A stretch of DNA of 64,000 bases from the NCBI GenBank assembly GCA_964642015.1, contig CAZXLF010000005.1, positions 75,847-139,846 on the forward strand. The letters run 5' to 3'. Both the position numbers and the translations under genes were made by a program. Numbering within the stretch: the first letter of the stretch is position 1; each line of letters opens with the position of its first letter. Of this stretch, positions 36,739 to 47,593 are shown one piece after another. The notes beneath the pieces were generated by a model, which worked only from the letters and a program-made list of their open reading frames with translations, did no database searches and was not told the DNA's origin. Source of the DNA: an uncultured Planctomycetia bacterium. GTDB taxonomy: Bacteria > Omnitrophota > Gorgyraeia > 2-02-FULL-51-18.

Positions 36739-37149
36739 TTAAGGTTGCTTTGTTTCCAACGCCACTTTCTTTATTCCAAGACGCCGGGCCTCATCCAATA
36801 CAAAAATGGCCCGTCCGTAAGAAGCTTTTTCATCTCCGTTCAAAACGATCATTGGATCGTTGTTCGCTTTTTTAAGCTGTCCTAGTTTTTCAGGCAGTTG
36901 AGCCGCAGATATCCTCTCCTTATTGAAATAAATCTCACCCTTATCAGTTACTGTGATAGCCGTATATTGGTTATTTTTCACCTGCTGCGAAGCGGTCGTG
37001 GCGGACGGCAAATTCACGTCAACGCCCAGATTTTTAACCATTGAAAGAGAAATCATCACAAAAGTTGCCAACAAAAAAAAGACGATATCAATAAGCGGGA
37101 TGATCTCGATCCTGGCTTTGCGCTTTGGACGAAGAGAAGGAATGATCAT
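36739..37149 (-). CDS. exbD: ExbD/TolR biopolymer transport protein
   Basis: IIPLIDIVFFLLATF and VNLP. Confidence 0.9.
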   Translation of the reverse strand: MIIPSLRPKRKARIEIIPLIDIVFFLLATFVMISLSMVKNLGVDVNLPSATTASQQVKNNQYTAITVTDKGEIYFNKERISAAQLPEKLGQLKKANNDPMIVLNGDEKASYGRAIFVLDEARRLGIKKVALETKQP

Positions 37150-37751
37150 TTACGTATACTAGGCACTAATAGTATTTCCAGATGCGTCGAAGCATCTTCG
37201 ATCTCATGTCTTGCTTCTTCCAACTGTGAATTCATATAATTAAAAGGGATCAGTGCCACCACCGCTATAGCCAAACCGAATGCGGTGCCGATCAAAGCCT
37301 CCGCAATACCACCGGTGATCACAGTCGGAGCGTCTAGTTCCTTATGGCCCAAAAGACCGAATGCATGGATCATCCCGGTAACAGTGCTCAAAAGACCCAA
37401 GAGCGGCGCAAGCGTGATCACCGTATCTAAAACGGAAAGTCCCTGATTGAACCGTTTAAGCTCACGGTTAGCCGCTCTTAAGAGAGCATTAGAAAAAGAA
37501 GTCTCACGATTCTTTAATCCGTCCACTAACGTCTTAACCACGAAATCATGGCTGTTTTCGCCGGTCTCGATCGCATTTTGTATGCGACCTGCTTCCACAT
37601 TGGATAGTATCTCATCGACCACATGGGGTTGACGCCTTATTTTTATGCCGATGATGAATAAAATACGGTCTAAAACTACTGTCAATGAAATTACGGACGT
37701 CAGAAGAAGCGGCCACATCACTGGACCGCCTTTTTGTATCAACTGCAGCAC
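37146..37751 (-). CDS. exbB: ExbB/TolQ/MotA proton channel protein
   Basis: GGPVMWPL, APLLGLLSTVTGMI and GGIAEALIGTAFGL. Confidence 0.9.
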   Translation of the reverse strand: MLQLIQKGGPVMWPLLLTSVISLTVVLDRILFIIGIKIRRQPHVVDEILSNVEAGRIQNAIETGENSHDFVVKTLVDGLKNRETSFSNALLRAANRELKRFNQGLSVLDTVITLAPLLGLLSTVTGMIHAFGLLGHKELDAPTVITGGIAEALIGTAFGLAIAVVALIPFNYMNSQLEEARHEIEDASTHLEILLVPSIRK

Positions 37752-37757
37752 TTGATC

Positions 37758-38444
37758 TTACTCCTCCTCCGAAATAAATTTATATCCGATATTCCTTACA
37801 GTCTCGATAAACATAGCAGACCTGCCCTCTATTTTAGAACGCAGACGCCTTATATGCACATCGACCGTACGCGTACCGCCATAGTACTCGTAACCCCATA
37901 CTTTGTTTAAAAGCACTTCACGAGTGAATACGGTACCAGGATTACTGCATAAAAATTTCAGCAATTCAAATTCCGTAAAGGTCAGATCGATCTTCTTATC
38001 CCCGATACGGACCTCGTATTTGGCTACATCAATGCTGAGCTTGCCTCGTTGAATAATGTTCTTCTGATCTACTTTATGAAGCCGTTTAAATAAAAGATTA
38101 ACTCTGGCAATTGCCTCAGGCATCCTAATCGGTCGGTAAAGCACTTCCTGAATTCCTGAAGGTAAATCAGCGTTTTTCATCTCTGCTTCATCCATTAGAA
38201 GAAGCATCGGAATATCCTGTGTTTGCGGTTCCTTTTTTATCGCGTAATAAAGGTCAATGATCTCAAAATAGCTGTTCTTCGGATTTAAAATAATAAGATC
38301 GGGTTCTTTTTCTACCGTAGTATTCAGAGAGATTGCATTCTTGGATATAATCTGCGAAGAAAAATGCGTTTCTTTTTTCAAGGCCTCTTTCAGTTCATGA
38401 CCCTGTTTATTTTGATCGCCGATAATAAGGATACTTCCAACCAT
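37758..38444 (-). CDS. OmpR-family regulator with atypical receiver (GlnR-like)
   Basis: Winged helix LTFTEFELL...VWGYEYYGGTRTVDVHIRRLRSK; receiver has DLIILN (Asn at the phospho-Asp position). Confidence 0.88.
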   Translation of the reverse strand: MVGSILIIGDQNKQGHELKEALKKETHFSSQIISKNAISLNTTVEKEPDLIILNPKNSYFEIIDLYYAIKKEPQTQDIPMLLLMDEAEMKNADLPSGIQEVLYRPIRMPEAIARVNLLFKRLHKVDQKNIIQRGKLSIDVAKYEVRIGDKKIDLTFTEFELLKFLCSNPGTVFTREVLLNKVWGYEYYGGTRTVDVHIRRLRSKIEGRSAMFIETVRNIGYKFISEEE

Positions 38445-38445
38445 T

Positions 38446-39270
38446 TTAAAGTCCTACTATACTGATACCCGCTTGGTCCGCAGTTTCAATCAATTTATCC
38501 TTGAATAGCATGATCGTTTTTAAACCTTCGATACCGATGACCTGAGATCCTACGGACCTCATCGATTCAAGTGTTTCACGGCCAATACAAGGCAGATCGA
38601 ACCTGAAATCCTGATTGGGTTTGGCCACTTTGACAATAACAGCTCCGCTGCCGCTCAGTTGTCCTCCCCTGCGGATCGCGGCGTCGGTGCCTTCGAGAGC
38701 TTCTACGGCCAATACCACTCCATCCTTGACCACAACGGTCTGGCCGATATCCATTCTGCCAATTCCTTTCGCGATACGCCAGCCAAATTTTAGATCATTA
38801 TTTTCAGAAGCGCTGGGCACTTGCTTGGTCATGACGCCTTTGACAGCCAAAGTATTCTTCAAAAAAACCCTGGAATCAAGAATGGACACGCCGCATTTGG
38901 CCTTCAAAAAAAACTGGAACGCCTTTAATATGTGATCATCGCCTTTGTTTTTTGTACGGCCGATCAAGCCTTTGGCAGTGTCATCCATATGAAATGATGG
39001 GTTATAGATCTCACGTTTCGGAATTCCGCCGGCTAATACGACTTTCTTGGTTTTTGTCTTTTTCAAAAGATCGACCAGCCCTCCAAGCGCTCCCAACTCA
39101 AGGTAATGTGTTTCTTTTGCGTATTTTTCGATGCGCGGATCGGTTTGCCCTTTGACGGCAAAAACCACTAGCGGTTGTTTCAAAGAAGCAGCTGCTTCGG
39201 CCAAAAGGATCGGAAAATCGCCCCTGCCTGCGATCAAACCGATAGCATTTGAAGAAGAATTCCAGAGCAT
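38446..39270 (-). CDS. lpxI: UDP-2,3-diacylglucosamine diphosphatase LpxI
   Basis: GLIAGRGDFP, DIGQTVVV, AVEALEGTD and QDFRFDLPCIG. Confidence 0.95.
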   Translation of the reverse strand: MLWNSSSNAIGLIAGRGDFPILLAEAAASLKQPLVVFAVKGQTDPRIEKYAKETHYLELGALGGLVDLLKKTKTKKVVLAGGIPKREIYNPSFHMDDTAKGLIGRTKNKGDDHILKAFQFFLKAKCGVSILDSRVFLKNTLAVKGVMTKQVPSASENNDLKFGWRIAKGIGRMDIGQTVVVKDGVVLAVEALEGTDAAIRRGGQLSGSGAVIVKVAKPNQDFRFDLPCIGRETLESMRSVGSQVIGIEGLKTIMLFKDKLIETADQAGISIVGL

Positions 39271-39273
39271 TTT

Positions 39274-40077
39274 CTATATCTTGACGCCGGCTTTGAGCAC
39301 GCTGCGAGGAATGCCACGTTCAGATTTACTGACAAACTCTAAAAGATGATCAATATCCGGATTTCTATTGAATTCCTCTTTAATCCTTGGAATAGCGGTA
39401 GAGAATTTAAGACCTGAGGCAAACAATATCTTTAACGCTTTTTTCAATTGGAGCGCATCCTTCGAACTATATCCCGCTCGTTTAAGCCCCACTGAATTCA
39501 ATCCATAAAACTTAACCGGATTCCCGTCGCAGATCGAGAATGGAGGAATATCCGTATTAACCTTTGAAACGCCTCCGATCATTGAAAGTTTACCAATGCG
39601 GACGAATTGATGAACTCCGGTCAAACCACCGACCACCGCCTGGTCTTCCACTGTCACATGTCCCGACAAACCGACCGAATTCACAAGCGTGATATCATTT
39701 CCCAACTGACAATCATGCGCCACATGAACACCGATCATGATAAAATTCCTATCACCGACTATGGTCTTCGAGCCATCCTTGCTTCCGACATTCATCGTGA
39801 CATATTCGCGGATCATGTTGTCATTACCTATAATAAGGTATGATCTGATGCCATTATACTTTTTATCTTGCGGGGCCGTGCCAAGACAGGCACCAGAGAA
39901 TATTTTGCAATTGTTGCCAATCTCGGTGTACCCATCAATAACCACATGATTTGCAATCTTGGTTCCGTTACCTATCTTTACATGAGGGCCAATGATCGTA
40001 TATGGACCTATCTCAACGTTATCAGCGATCTGAGATGCCTCGTCGACAATGGCCGTCGGATGTATCCTGGCCCTCAC
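39274..40077 (-). CDS. lpxA: Acyl-ACP--UDP-GlcNAc O-acyltransferase
   Basis: IHPTAIV, PQDKKY, HVAHDC and VHQFVRIG; GTG start at 40077. Confidence 0.96.
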   Translation of the reverse strand: MRARIHPTAIVDEASQIADNVEIGPYTIIGPHVKIGNGTKIANHVVIDGYTEIGNNCKIFSGACLGTAPQDKKYNGIRSYLIIGNDNMIREYVTMNVGSKDGSKTIVGDRNFIMIGVHVAHDCQLGNDITLVNSVGLSGHVTVEDQAVVGGLTGVHQFVRIGKLSMIGGVSKVNTDIPPFSICDGNPVKFYGLNSVGLKRAGYSSKDALQLKKALKILFASGLKFSTAIPRIKEEFNRNPDIDHLLEFVSKSERGIPRSVLKAGVKI

Positions 40078-40081
40078 TGAT

Positions 40082-41434
40082 TTACTCGACGAGAGCGAAC
40101 ATGAACTCTGCATCACAAACTTCTTCTCCATTTACTTTTGCAACACCTTGAACAACGCCTATTTTTGATTTCATCTTAGTGACTTTGATCTCGAGTCTCA
40201 ATTGATCGCCCGGAACAACAGTTTTGCGGAAACGCGCTTTTTCGATAGACATAAAGTAAGCCAGCTTTCCGCGGTTTTCACTCTTAATAAGCATCATCAC
40301 ACCACCTACCTGCGCCAGCGCCTCAATAATTAAAACTCCCGGCATGATGGCTCTTTCCGGAAAATGCCCCTGAAAAAACGGTTCGTTAGCACTGACATTT
40401 TTCAGACCCACCGCCGTCATATCCCCGATCTCGAGGATCCTATCGACCAATAAGAACGGATAACGATGAGGCAGTATCTTTTTGATCTCTTCCAAACCGA
40501 ACGGCGGTTTTAAAGCATCATGTTCTTTTTTAGCTGTCATAGTCTCCCTCTGTTTCTTGATCTCTTCGACCAGTTTTGCATTCAGCGCATGCCCGCTGCG
40601 GATACCGACTACGTGACCTAAAACAGAAAAACCCAGCAGACTTAAGTCTCCGACGATATCGAGCATCTTGTGACGGGCACATTCGTCCTTAAAACGAAGC
40701 TCATTTTGGATCACTCCATTCTTTCCGAACACGAGCGTATTTTGATAATTCGCACCGGCCCCGAATCCTCTTTCCTGAAGGGACAGTGCTTCGTTTTCAG
40801 TGCAAAAAGTGCGGGCCGGCGCTATCTCCTTTTCGAAAGTTTCAGGCGTCACAGCCAAGTCCACACTTTGACCTTTGAGATCCGGATGAGGATAATCCAA
40901 AACATATGAAATCCGGTACTCGCTCGAAGGATAAATAGCGATCGCTTTATTATGGTCATGACAAAAAATAGGTTCCCTGATCTTGTATATCTTGCACGGA
41001 ACCTGCTGATCGCGGATCGCAAGAGAACGGAAAAATTTAGCAAACGGCAATGAGCTACCATCAAGACCGGGTATTTCAGGACCGTCCACGTGAACCTGTA
41101 TATTCGTAATACCCAATCCTGAAAGAGCAGCCAGAAGGTGCTCTACTGTCTTGATCTGATTTTCATCTGTTCCGATCGCCGTGCACCGAAGACTGGCTTC
41201 GAATCCATGCTCTGGCTTACGAAGATAATCCAGCGATACGCCATCATGAAAAAAACATATTCCTGAATTCACGGGTGCCGGTTTAAAAAAAACAGTGCTC
41301 ACTTCTCCCGTGTGTAAGCCTTTACCGGATAATGAGCCTTCGCGCAAAATGGTCTTTTGGGACTTCAAAAACAGACTATCAGCAGCTTCGGAAGAGGATG
41401 CTTCAGATCGCCGGGCCGCAGTGGTCTGTTTCAC
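40082..41434 (-). CDS. lpxC: Bifunctional LpxC deacetylase / FabZ dehydratase
   Basis: [14 protein letters not shown] and [11 protein letters not shown], followed by [11 protein letters not shown] and FFQGHFP...MPGVLIIEA. Confidence 0.95.
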   Translation of the reverse strand: MKQTTAARRSEASSSEAADSLFLKSQKTILREGSLSGKGLHTGEVSTVFFKPAPVNSGICFFHDGVSLDYLRKPEHGFEASLRCTAIGTDENQIKTVEHLLAALSGLGITNIQVHVDGPEIPGLDGSSLPFAKFFRSLAIRDQQVPCKIYKIREPIFCHDHNKAIAIYPSSEYRISYVLDYPHPDLKGQSVDLAVTPETFEKEIAPARTFCTENEALSLQERGFGAGANYQNTLVFGKNGVIQNELRFKDECARHKMLDIVGDLSLLGFSVLGHVVGIRSGHALNAKLVEEIKKQRETMTAKKEHDALKPPFGLEEIKKILPHRYPFLLVDRILEIGDMTAVGLKNVSANEPFFQGHFPERAIMPGVLIIEALAQVGGVMMLIKSENRGKLAYFMSIEKARFRKTVVPGDQLRLEIKVTKMKSKIGVVQGVAKVNGEEVCDAEFMFALVE

Positions 41435-42498
41435 TTTGCACCTGACATAGCAGATAGTTTTCTCTTTATCTCGGATAATTCTTTGAAAATTTCAGGCAAT
41501 TTAGCCGTTAAAGCAATGATCCTTTTCTGTTCAGACAAAGGTCTGGCTGGCTGTCCTAAAACCACTGAATTGGCAGGAATAGATTTGGTAACTCCGGCAC
41601 CAGCACCAACCACGACACAGTCACCCAACTCAATATGGCCCACAAGCCCTGCCTGACCCGCTAAAACAACGTTCTTGCCAAGCTTTGTGGAGCCCGATAT
41701 ACCCGCTTGTGAGACAATGAGACAATTTTCACCGATGATCACATTGTGAGCGATCTGAACAAGATTATCGATCTTCGTTCCCTTTTTGATCCACGTGGCA
41801 TCAAAACGCCCGCGATCCACGCACACATTCGCGCCGATCTCAACATCATCCTCGATCCTGACCATACCGGTATGAGGGATCTTCACATGAATCTCATCGA
41901 CGCTTTCGTAACCGTATCCATCACTTCCGATCACCGTGCCGCTGTGAATAATCACCCGATCGCCGATCTCGGTCCGTTCACGCACAGTCACGTTGGGATA
42001 GATCAAAGTATCGGAACCGATCGTTGAACCGGAACCGATAAAACTATTCGCTTGAATAACGGTTTTATTGCCGATGCTGCAATCTTTTTCGATCACAACA
42101 TGCGGACCGATCGCGACTTCCTTGCCTAGAACAACGCTTGGGTCAATGACCGACGTCGGATGGATGCCTGAAATTCCTGAGTGATTGGAAGAAGCAAATA
42201 AAGCGATGACTTTTGTGAACGCCTGTGAAGGATTTGAAGTACGTATCAAAGACTTACGTTTGCTTACAACATCTTTCGATGTGATGACAGCAGACGCTTC
42301 CGTTTCGTCTAGGAAAGAAAGATATTTAGAATTCGCCAGAAAAGTGATTTCGCCTTTTCTGGCTTCTTTGATACCGGCTACACCGCTGATGGAAATATCA
42401 GAGTCGCCGACTATTTCTCCGCCGACAAGCTCCGCTATTTTTTTGAGCTCTAAGGTTTTTGCCGATTTCCCACTATTTTTTCTTTTCGTAGGAATCAT
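41431..42498 (-). CDS. lpxD: UDP-3-O-acylglucosamine N-acyltransferase
   Basis: [25 protein letters not shown] and hexapeptide repeats; exact start uncertain. Confidence 0.96.
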   Translation of the reverse strand: MIPTKRKNSGKSAKTLELKKIAELVGGEIVGDSDISISGVAGIKEARKGEITFLANSKYLSFLDETEASAVITSKDVVSKRKSLIRTSNPSQAFTKVIALFASSNHSGISGIHPTSVIDPSVVLGKEVAIGPHVVIEKDCSIGNKTVIQANSFIGSGSTIGSDTLIYPNVTVRERTEIGDRVIIHSGTVIGSDGYGYESVDEIHVKIPHTGMVRIEDDVEIGANVCVDRGRFDATWIKKGTKIDNLVQIAHNVIIGENCLIVSQAGISGSTKLGKNVVLAGQAGLVGHIELGDCVVVGAGAGVTKSIPANSVVLGQPARPLSEQKRIIALTAKLPEIFKELSEIKRKLSAMSGAK

Positions 42499-42988
42499 TC
42501 AAAGCCTTGATGACCTGATTGGTCAGGTCGCCGCCTTCACCTTTGTAAACCAGAACACGGTCATTGAAAATATAAGAATATCCCTGGCTTTTTCCGAAAT
42601 TCTGGATAACCGTTTCTATTTCTTTCAGGATATCACGGACCATGCCGTCGCGCTCGCGGCGCAGACTGTCACGAGTCGTACGGTCATATTCCTGGAGCGC
42701 CTTGATCTTTTCATCGATGACAACTTGCTTGTCATCTTTGGCCTTGGCACTCAGGAGTTCCGCTTCATCCCTCAGTTTCTTGATCTCAGCGACCATCTTA
42801 TCGCGATCGGTCTGCTTGGAAGCGCCTTTGGCTTCAAGCGACTTATCGAATTCTTTAGTCTTTTGATATTCATCAAATACCCTCGCCAAATCAACATAAC
42901 CAATTTTTTCTCCCGCCGCAAAAGCCGGCAAAGAGATAAAAGCGGCTAAGAAAAACGTGGATAGGGTTACTAATAACGTTTTTTTCAT
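42473..42988 (-). CDS. skp: Skp/OmpH periplasmic chaperone
   Basis: Signal peptide, KIGYVDL, coiled coil and DLTNQVI. Confidence 0.93.
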   Translation of the reverse strand: MKKTLLVTLSTFFLAAFISLPAFAAGEKIGYVDLARVFDEYQKTKEFDKSLEAKGASKQTDRDKMVAEIKKLRDEAELLSAKAKDDKQVVIDEKIKALQEYDRTTRDSLRRERDGMVRDILKEIETVIQNFGKSQGYSYIFNDRVLVYKGEGGDLTNQVIKALNDSYEKKK

Positions 42989-43032
42989 CTTGGAATTTCC
43001 TCCTTAGTTTAGAATTTAAAAGATCCCGGGGC

Positions 43033-45354
43033 TTAAAACCCTTGGCTGATATTAAAGTAGAATCGAAGTTTTTTCTTTTCTTGAGGGATATCATCCAACG
43101 GATATCCAGCATCCAATTTGACCGGCCCGATCGGCGTTTTGATGCGCACGCCTACACCGGCGCCTGAAACAAGACCGCCTTTGCCGAAATCGCCGATTTT
43201 TTCTTCGACATTGCCGGTATCAAAAAATACCGCACCTTTGATCAAATCCGGATAAATAGGAAAAGTCTCTTCGACGTTGAAGATCCAATAAGCGTCACCG
43301 CCGACCGGCTGCTGATTACCCGGGTCACGCGGACCAACACGTTGTTCACGATAACCGCGGATCGTATTCGCACCGCCGGCAAAATAACGCTCATAAATCG
43401 GAACATCATTAGTTTTGCCATAAGCATCCGCGATACCTGCGCGGCCTTTTAATTCAAGCACCATTTTATCAAAATTTTTGAAATAAGAGCTAGCGATGCC
43501 ATACAGTTTCGTAAAATTCTTATCTCCTCCCAATGCACCGCCCGCGACCTCACCTGTTCCCGAGACCATGAAACCTTTTGTCGGATTGTAAATGTTGTCA
43601 CGCTGGTCATGGGTAAGCGTAAGCGCAACGCTTGAGGTCGTATTCCTTCCGGATTCATCTTTAAGCGCCTGTGAAGCGTCATCTGGAATATCAGAAATTT
43701 TTACCTCTTCAAGCTTATACATTAAAAGACCCTTATCATATTCCGTAAATTCTTTGCCCAATCTCAGATCGCCGCCGGTCTTTCTCTCGCTGAAGAAATA
43801 ACCCGAATTAGAGGATTTGTCGAATTCCTTCCGGTAAAGGTCGAATCCGAATGAATAAGGGTATCCAAAAACCCACGGCTCCGTAAAACTGAGTTCGGCA
43901 TTCTTGCGGACACTCCCACCTTCAAATCTCATCATAAAATCTTGGCCGGCACCGGTGAAATTTTTCCAATTTTGCCAATCAAAATTCTTTTGACGGATCT
44001 GCACAAAACCGATGATCGAATCAATAGAACTATAACCACCTCCAAAACTAAACTCGCCCGTCTTACCTTCCTTAACACTGACCAAGAGATCTCTCGTATT
44101 AGGAGTCGCCCCAGGATCTGTGTCAAACCGCACATCTTCGAAGAAACCTAGATTATACAAGCGTTCTTTGGACCTTTTAAGTTTAGCGCCGCTAAAAGAC
44201 TCGCCCGGATAAGCGCGAAGTTCACGGCGAATGACATTATCTTTAGTTTTAGTATTGCCTTGGATACGAACGCGGCCGACGTAAGTCAGTTCGTTTTCAG
44301 TAATCGTATAATTTAAATCCACACGGTCCGTCGTTTCGTTGTATACAGATTCGGAGCGGATCTGAGCCGAAAGATAACCTTTTTCAAAATAAAGGTCCTG
44401 GATATTCGCCACATCCAAACGCAGGCCGCGGCGTGAAAACGGTTTATCCTTCGTCATCGCGATCGCCTTCATGATCTCATCGGATTTGATCACCGAATTG
44501 CCTTTTAGCTGAACATCCCCGACAAGATATTTTTTGCCTTCATTGATGATGATCTTCAAAATAATATCGCCGCTGTCCTTGGCCGAACCGATCGGTTCAG
44601 TATCCGTTTTAACATCAACGTCGCTGAAACCGGCTTCGTCATAAAGCGCTTTGATGCGCTCGACATCCTCCGAAAGGTCTTCCTCGTTCAAATAACCAGA
44701 ATGGAACCATCCCCACCATTCCATCTTTTTGGTTTTTATCTTCCCGAGAATATCTCCGGATTTGATGGATTTATTTCCGACGACCTGGATATCGCGGATA
44801 CGGACCTTTGAACCTTCATCGATCAGGATCCTTAAGACCGCCTGATTCGTGTCCGGATTCACATCAAGCGAATCATCGATCTTCACATCCGAAAAACCTT
44901 TCTTTTCATAAAGTTTGCGGATCGATTCAATATCATCGCGCACGCGCTTCTGATCAACAAAATCGCCCACCGTCGACTGCATTTCTTTTTTCACCGCGTC
45001 ATGGCCTATCTTTTTATTGCCTTCGATCTTGATCTCAGAAAGAACCGGCTTTTCGACCACAACGAACATCACCTTCACCCCGTCCAACAGATCTTCCTGA
45101 TCAATTCTGACATCAGTAAAATAACCCAGTCCATAAAGCCTTTTTAGGTCTTCATTCAAAATGGCGGAGGACAATGGTTGCCCGACTTGGGTTTTGACCT
45201 TTGCTAAAATCGTTAGGCTGGAAACTGTCTTATTCCCTTTAACATCAACGGCTTTGACGATTTTATCGCTATCGCTAGAGTGTGCAGAAGAGGCAAAAAT
45301 CTGGAAAAAAGAAAAAACAAGAAGGAATGATAAAAAAAGTGTCTTGGATCTCAT
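43033..45354 (-). CDS. bamA: Outer membrane protein assembly factor BamA
   Basis: POTRA repeats, IRGY and TPIGPVKLD; C-terminal Phe; probable ATG 45354. Confidence 0.97.
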   Translation of the reverse strand: MRSKTLFLSFLLVFSFFQIFASSAHSSDSDKIVKAVDVKGNKTVSSLTILAKVKTQVGQPLSSAILNEDLKRLYGLGYFTDVRIDQEDLLDGVKVMFVVVEKPVLSEIKIEGNKKIGHDAVKKEMQSTVGDFVDQKRVRDDIESIRKLYEKKGFSDVKIDDSLDVNPDTNQAVLRILIDEGSKVRIRDIQVVGNKSIKSGDILGKIKTKKMEWWGWFHSGYLNEEDLSEDVERIKALYDEAGFSDVDVKTDTEPIGSAKDSGDIILKIIINEGKKYLVGDVQLKGNSVIKSDEIMKAIAMTKDKPFSRRGLRLDVANIQDLYFEKGYLSAQIRSESVYNETTDRVDLNYTITENELTYVGRVRIQGNTKTKDNVIRRELRAYPGESFSGAKLKRSKERLYNLGFFEDVRFDTDPGATPNTRDLLVSVKEGKTGEFSFGGGYSSIDSIIGFVQIRQKNFDWQNWKNFTGAGQDFMMRFEGGSVRKNAELSFTEPWVFGYPYSFGFDLYRKEFDKSSNSGYFFSERKTGGDLRLGKEFTEYDKGLLMYKLEEVKISDIPDDASQALKDESGRNTTSSVALTLTHDQRDNIYNPTKGFMVSGTGEVAGGALGGDKNFTKLYGIASSYFKNFDKMVLELKGRAGIADAYGKTNDVPIYERYFAGGANTIRGYREQRVGPRDPGNQQPVGGDAYWIFNVEETFPIYPDLIKGAVFFDTGNVEEKIGDFGKGGLVSGAGVGVRIKTPIGPVKLDAGYPLDDIPQEKKKLRFYFNISQGF

Positions 45355-45453
45355 ATTTTGAGTGTTTACTTTAACACAGCCACCTAAATAAATCAAAGCA
45401 TTACATTCGTGGTTACAGGTCTGACCTAGGTGACGGACAGACGGAATAATCCC

Positions 45454-46815
45454 TTAGGACATCTCTTCGCGGCGCATCAATTCCGCGTTCTCAAAACGCG
45501 TGTATTCGTGAATAAAAGCGAGTTTTAAGCTGCCTACGGGGCCGTTCCTTTGCTTGGCGATAATCACTTCAGCCTTTCCACGGTTCTCCTCTGTAGGGTT
45601 GTAATACTCTTCTCTCAAAAGAAGCACGACTACGTCTGCGTCTTGTTCAATGGCGCCGGATTCCCTCAAATCCGATAATTGCGGCCTGTGATCAGTCCTA
45701 GATTCTACAGCGCGCGACAGCTGGCTGATCGCAATAAGCGGAACGTTCAACTCACGCGCCAATTCTTTAAGCGAACGGGATATCTCAGAGATCTCCTGCT
45801 GGCGGTTTTCGCTGCCAGCTGTTCCCTGCATCAGCTGCAAATAATCTAAGATCAAAAGCTTAATATCAAACTGCGCTTTCAAACGGCGAGCTTTGGCTTT
45901 CAATTCAAGAATGCTAATGCCCGGTGTGTCATCGATATAAATAGGCGCTTCGGATAATTTAGCAGCGGCGCTCGTTAAATTCGGCCAGTCTGACTGCGCC
46001 AAAAATCCTGTCCTGACCTTGTGAGCGTTGACGCGCGCGCAGGAACAAAGCATTCTTTGGATCAATTGCTCTTTGGACATTTCCAAACTGAATATCGCGA
46101 CTGGCGCCTTGACGACCATGCCAACATGTTCGGCGATACAAGTCATTAACGCGCTCTTACCCATCGACGGCCGTGCTGCGATAATAATGAGATCCGACGG
46201 CTGAAGTCCCGCGGTCTGTGTATCGAATTCATGAAAACCCGTTGCAATACCGGTAATATGTTCTTTTCTCTGATAAAGTTTGTCGATCGTTTCGATCTGA
46301 TTGCGGATGATCTCTTTTAACGGAACGACTCCGCCGGAGAATTTCCGGCTCGTAATATCAAAAATGACCTTTTCTGCGCGATCGAGAAGAGTTTCAACGT
46401 CTTGTGACGCGTCGTAACAATCCGTCACGATATGGGTCGCGTTCGTGATCAAATGACGAAGGATGTATTTTTCCCTTACGATCTTTGTGTAATACAAAAG
46501 ATTAGCGGCGGTCGGGACAGCAGTTGTAAGAAAAGCCAGGTAACTTGCTCCGCCCACATCTTCCAAAATCCCCTTGCGATCCAAATGTTCGGTTAAAGTC
46601 ACAATGTCTGCGGGTTTATTTTCGTTGAAAAGATCGATCAGGGTCTGGAATATTTTTTTATGTGCGTCTTTGTAGAACGCCTCAGGAGTCAACAGTTCAA
46701 TCGCCTGCGTGACCGCATCTTCTTCGATCAGCATCGAGCCTAACACAGAAACCTCGGCATCTATATTTTGTGGTGGGACTTTTTCCCGCTGGAGCATCGT
46801 TTCAAGACTTTGCAT
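45454..46815 (-). CDS. dnaB: Replicative DNA helicase
   Basis: AARPSMGKS, DYLQLM, SQLSR and DLRESGAIEQDAD; no intein. Confidence 0.98.
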   Translation of the reverse strand: MQSLETMLQREKVPPQNIDAEVSVLGSMLIEEDAVTQAIELLTPEAFYKDAHKKIFQTLIDLFNENKPADIVTLTEHLDRKGILEDVGGASYLAFLTTAVPTAANLLYYTKIVREKYILRHLITNATHIVTDCYDASQDVETLLDRAEKVIFDITSRKFSGGVVPLKEIIRNQIETIDKLYQRKEHITGIATGFHEFDTQTAGLQPSDLIIIAARPSMGKSALMTCIAEHVGMVVKAPVAIFSLEMSKEQLIQRMLCSCARVNAHKVRTGFLAQSDWPNLTSAAAKLSEAPIYIDDTPGISILELKAKARRLKAQFDIKLLILDYLQLMQGTAGSENRQQEISEISRSLKELARELNVPLIAISQLSRAVESRTDHRPQLSDLRESGAIEQDADVVVLLLREEYYNPTEENRGKAEVIIAKQRNGPVGSLKLAFIHEYTRFENAELMRREEMS

Positions 46816-46818
46816 GGC

Positions 46819-47274
46819 CTAATTCTTCTTTTTTACTACCCACAGTTTCAGTTTGACTTGAATATCCGTATGCAACTTGACCGGCACCGTGTACGCACCG
46901 AGTTTTTTGATCGGTTCTTCTAAATGAATATCTTTCTTATCGACCAATATACTTTGCTTCAAAAGTTCCTGCTGAATATCCTGAGAGGTTACCGCACCAA
47001 ATAGTTTGTCCGCTTCGCCCGCCAATACTTCTATCGTCAGCGATAAAGCGGATATTTTTTTAGCGAGCTCTTCGGCATGAGCTTTGGTTTGCGCCTGCTC
47101 TTTGGCACTTCGAGCCTTCTCTTCTTCAAAGTTCTTAAGATTTGAGGTCGTAGCAAGCTTTGCTTTTTTATGAGGGATCAAAAAATTATGCGCATAACCT
47201 GACGAAACTTTGATCACCTGGCCGCGCTTGCCCAGTTTAGGGTCCGTCTCGGTCAGAACTACCTCAATATCCAT
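46819..47274 (-). CDS. rplI: 50S ribosomal protein L9
   Basis: LGKRGQ..V..GYAHNFLIP and KLFGAVT. Confidence 0.96.
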   Translation of the reverse strand: MDIEVVLTETDPKLGKRGQVIKVSSGYAHNFLIPHKKAKLATTSNLKNFEEEKARSAKEQAQTKAHAEELAKKISALSLTIEVLAGEADKLFGAVTSQDIQQELLKQSILVDKKDIHLEEPIKKLGAYTVPVKLHTDIQVKLKLWVVKKKN

Positions 47275-47298
47275 GAAAATGTCCCCTGTAACGGGTGA

Positions 47299-47562
47299 TT
47301 ATTCTGCGACGTGCGCTAAAAGAGCGATCTGTCTGGCGCGTTTGATCTGGCGCGCTAAAAACCGCTGAGATTTCGCATTGGCTCCGGAAATGCGGCTCGG
47401 GATGATCTTGCCTCTTTCCGTAACAAAATAACGCAGACGTGCTATGTCTTTATAATCGATCGTCTCGATCTCTTCAGGTGTGAACTTGCAAACTTTCTTT
47501 TTGATGAACTTCTTTTTTACAGCCTCACCAAATTTTTTCTTTTTGATTTTCTTATCGAACAT
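47299..47562 (-). CDS. rpsR: 30S ribosomal protein S18
   Basis: [18 protein letters not shown] and IKRAR. Confidence 0.96.
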   Translation of the reverse strand: MFDKKIKKKKFGEAVKKKFIKKKVCKFTPEEIETIDYKDIARLRYFVTERGKIIPSRISGANAKSQRFLARQIKRARQIALLAHVAE

Positions 47563-47593
47563 GCGTTTTCCCTTCCTTGTAATTTAATGATGG

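Noticed and set aside
40082-41434. LpxC-FabZ fusion as a novelty
   Set aside because: This fusion is already well known in Bacteroidota, Chlorobi and several PVC lineages.
45454-46815. Possible intein in DnaB
   Set aside because: The length (453 aa) and contiguous motifs leave no room for an insertion.
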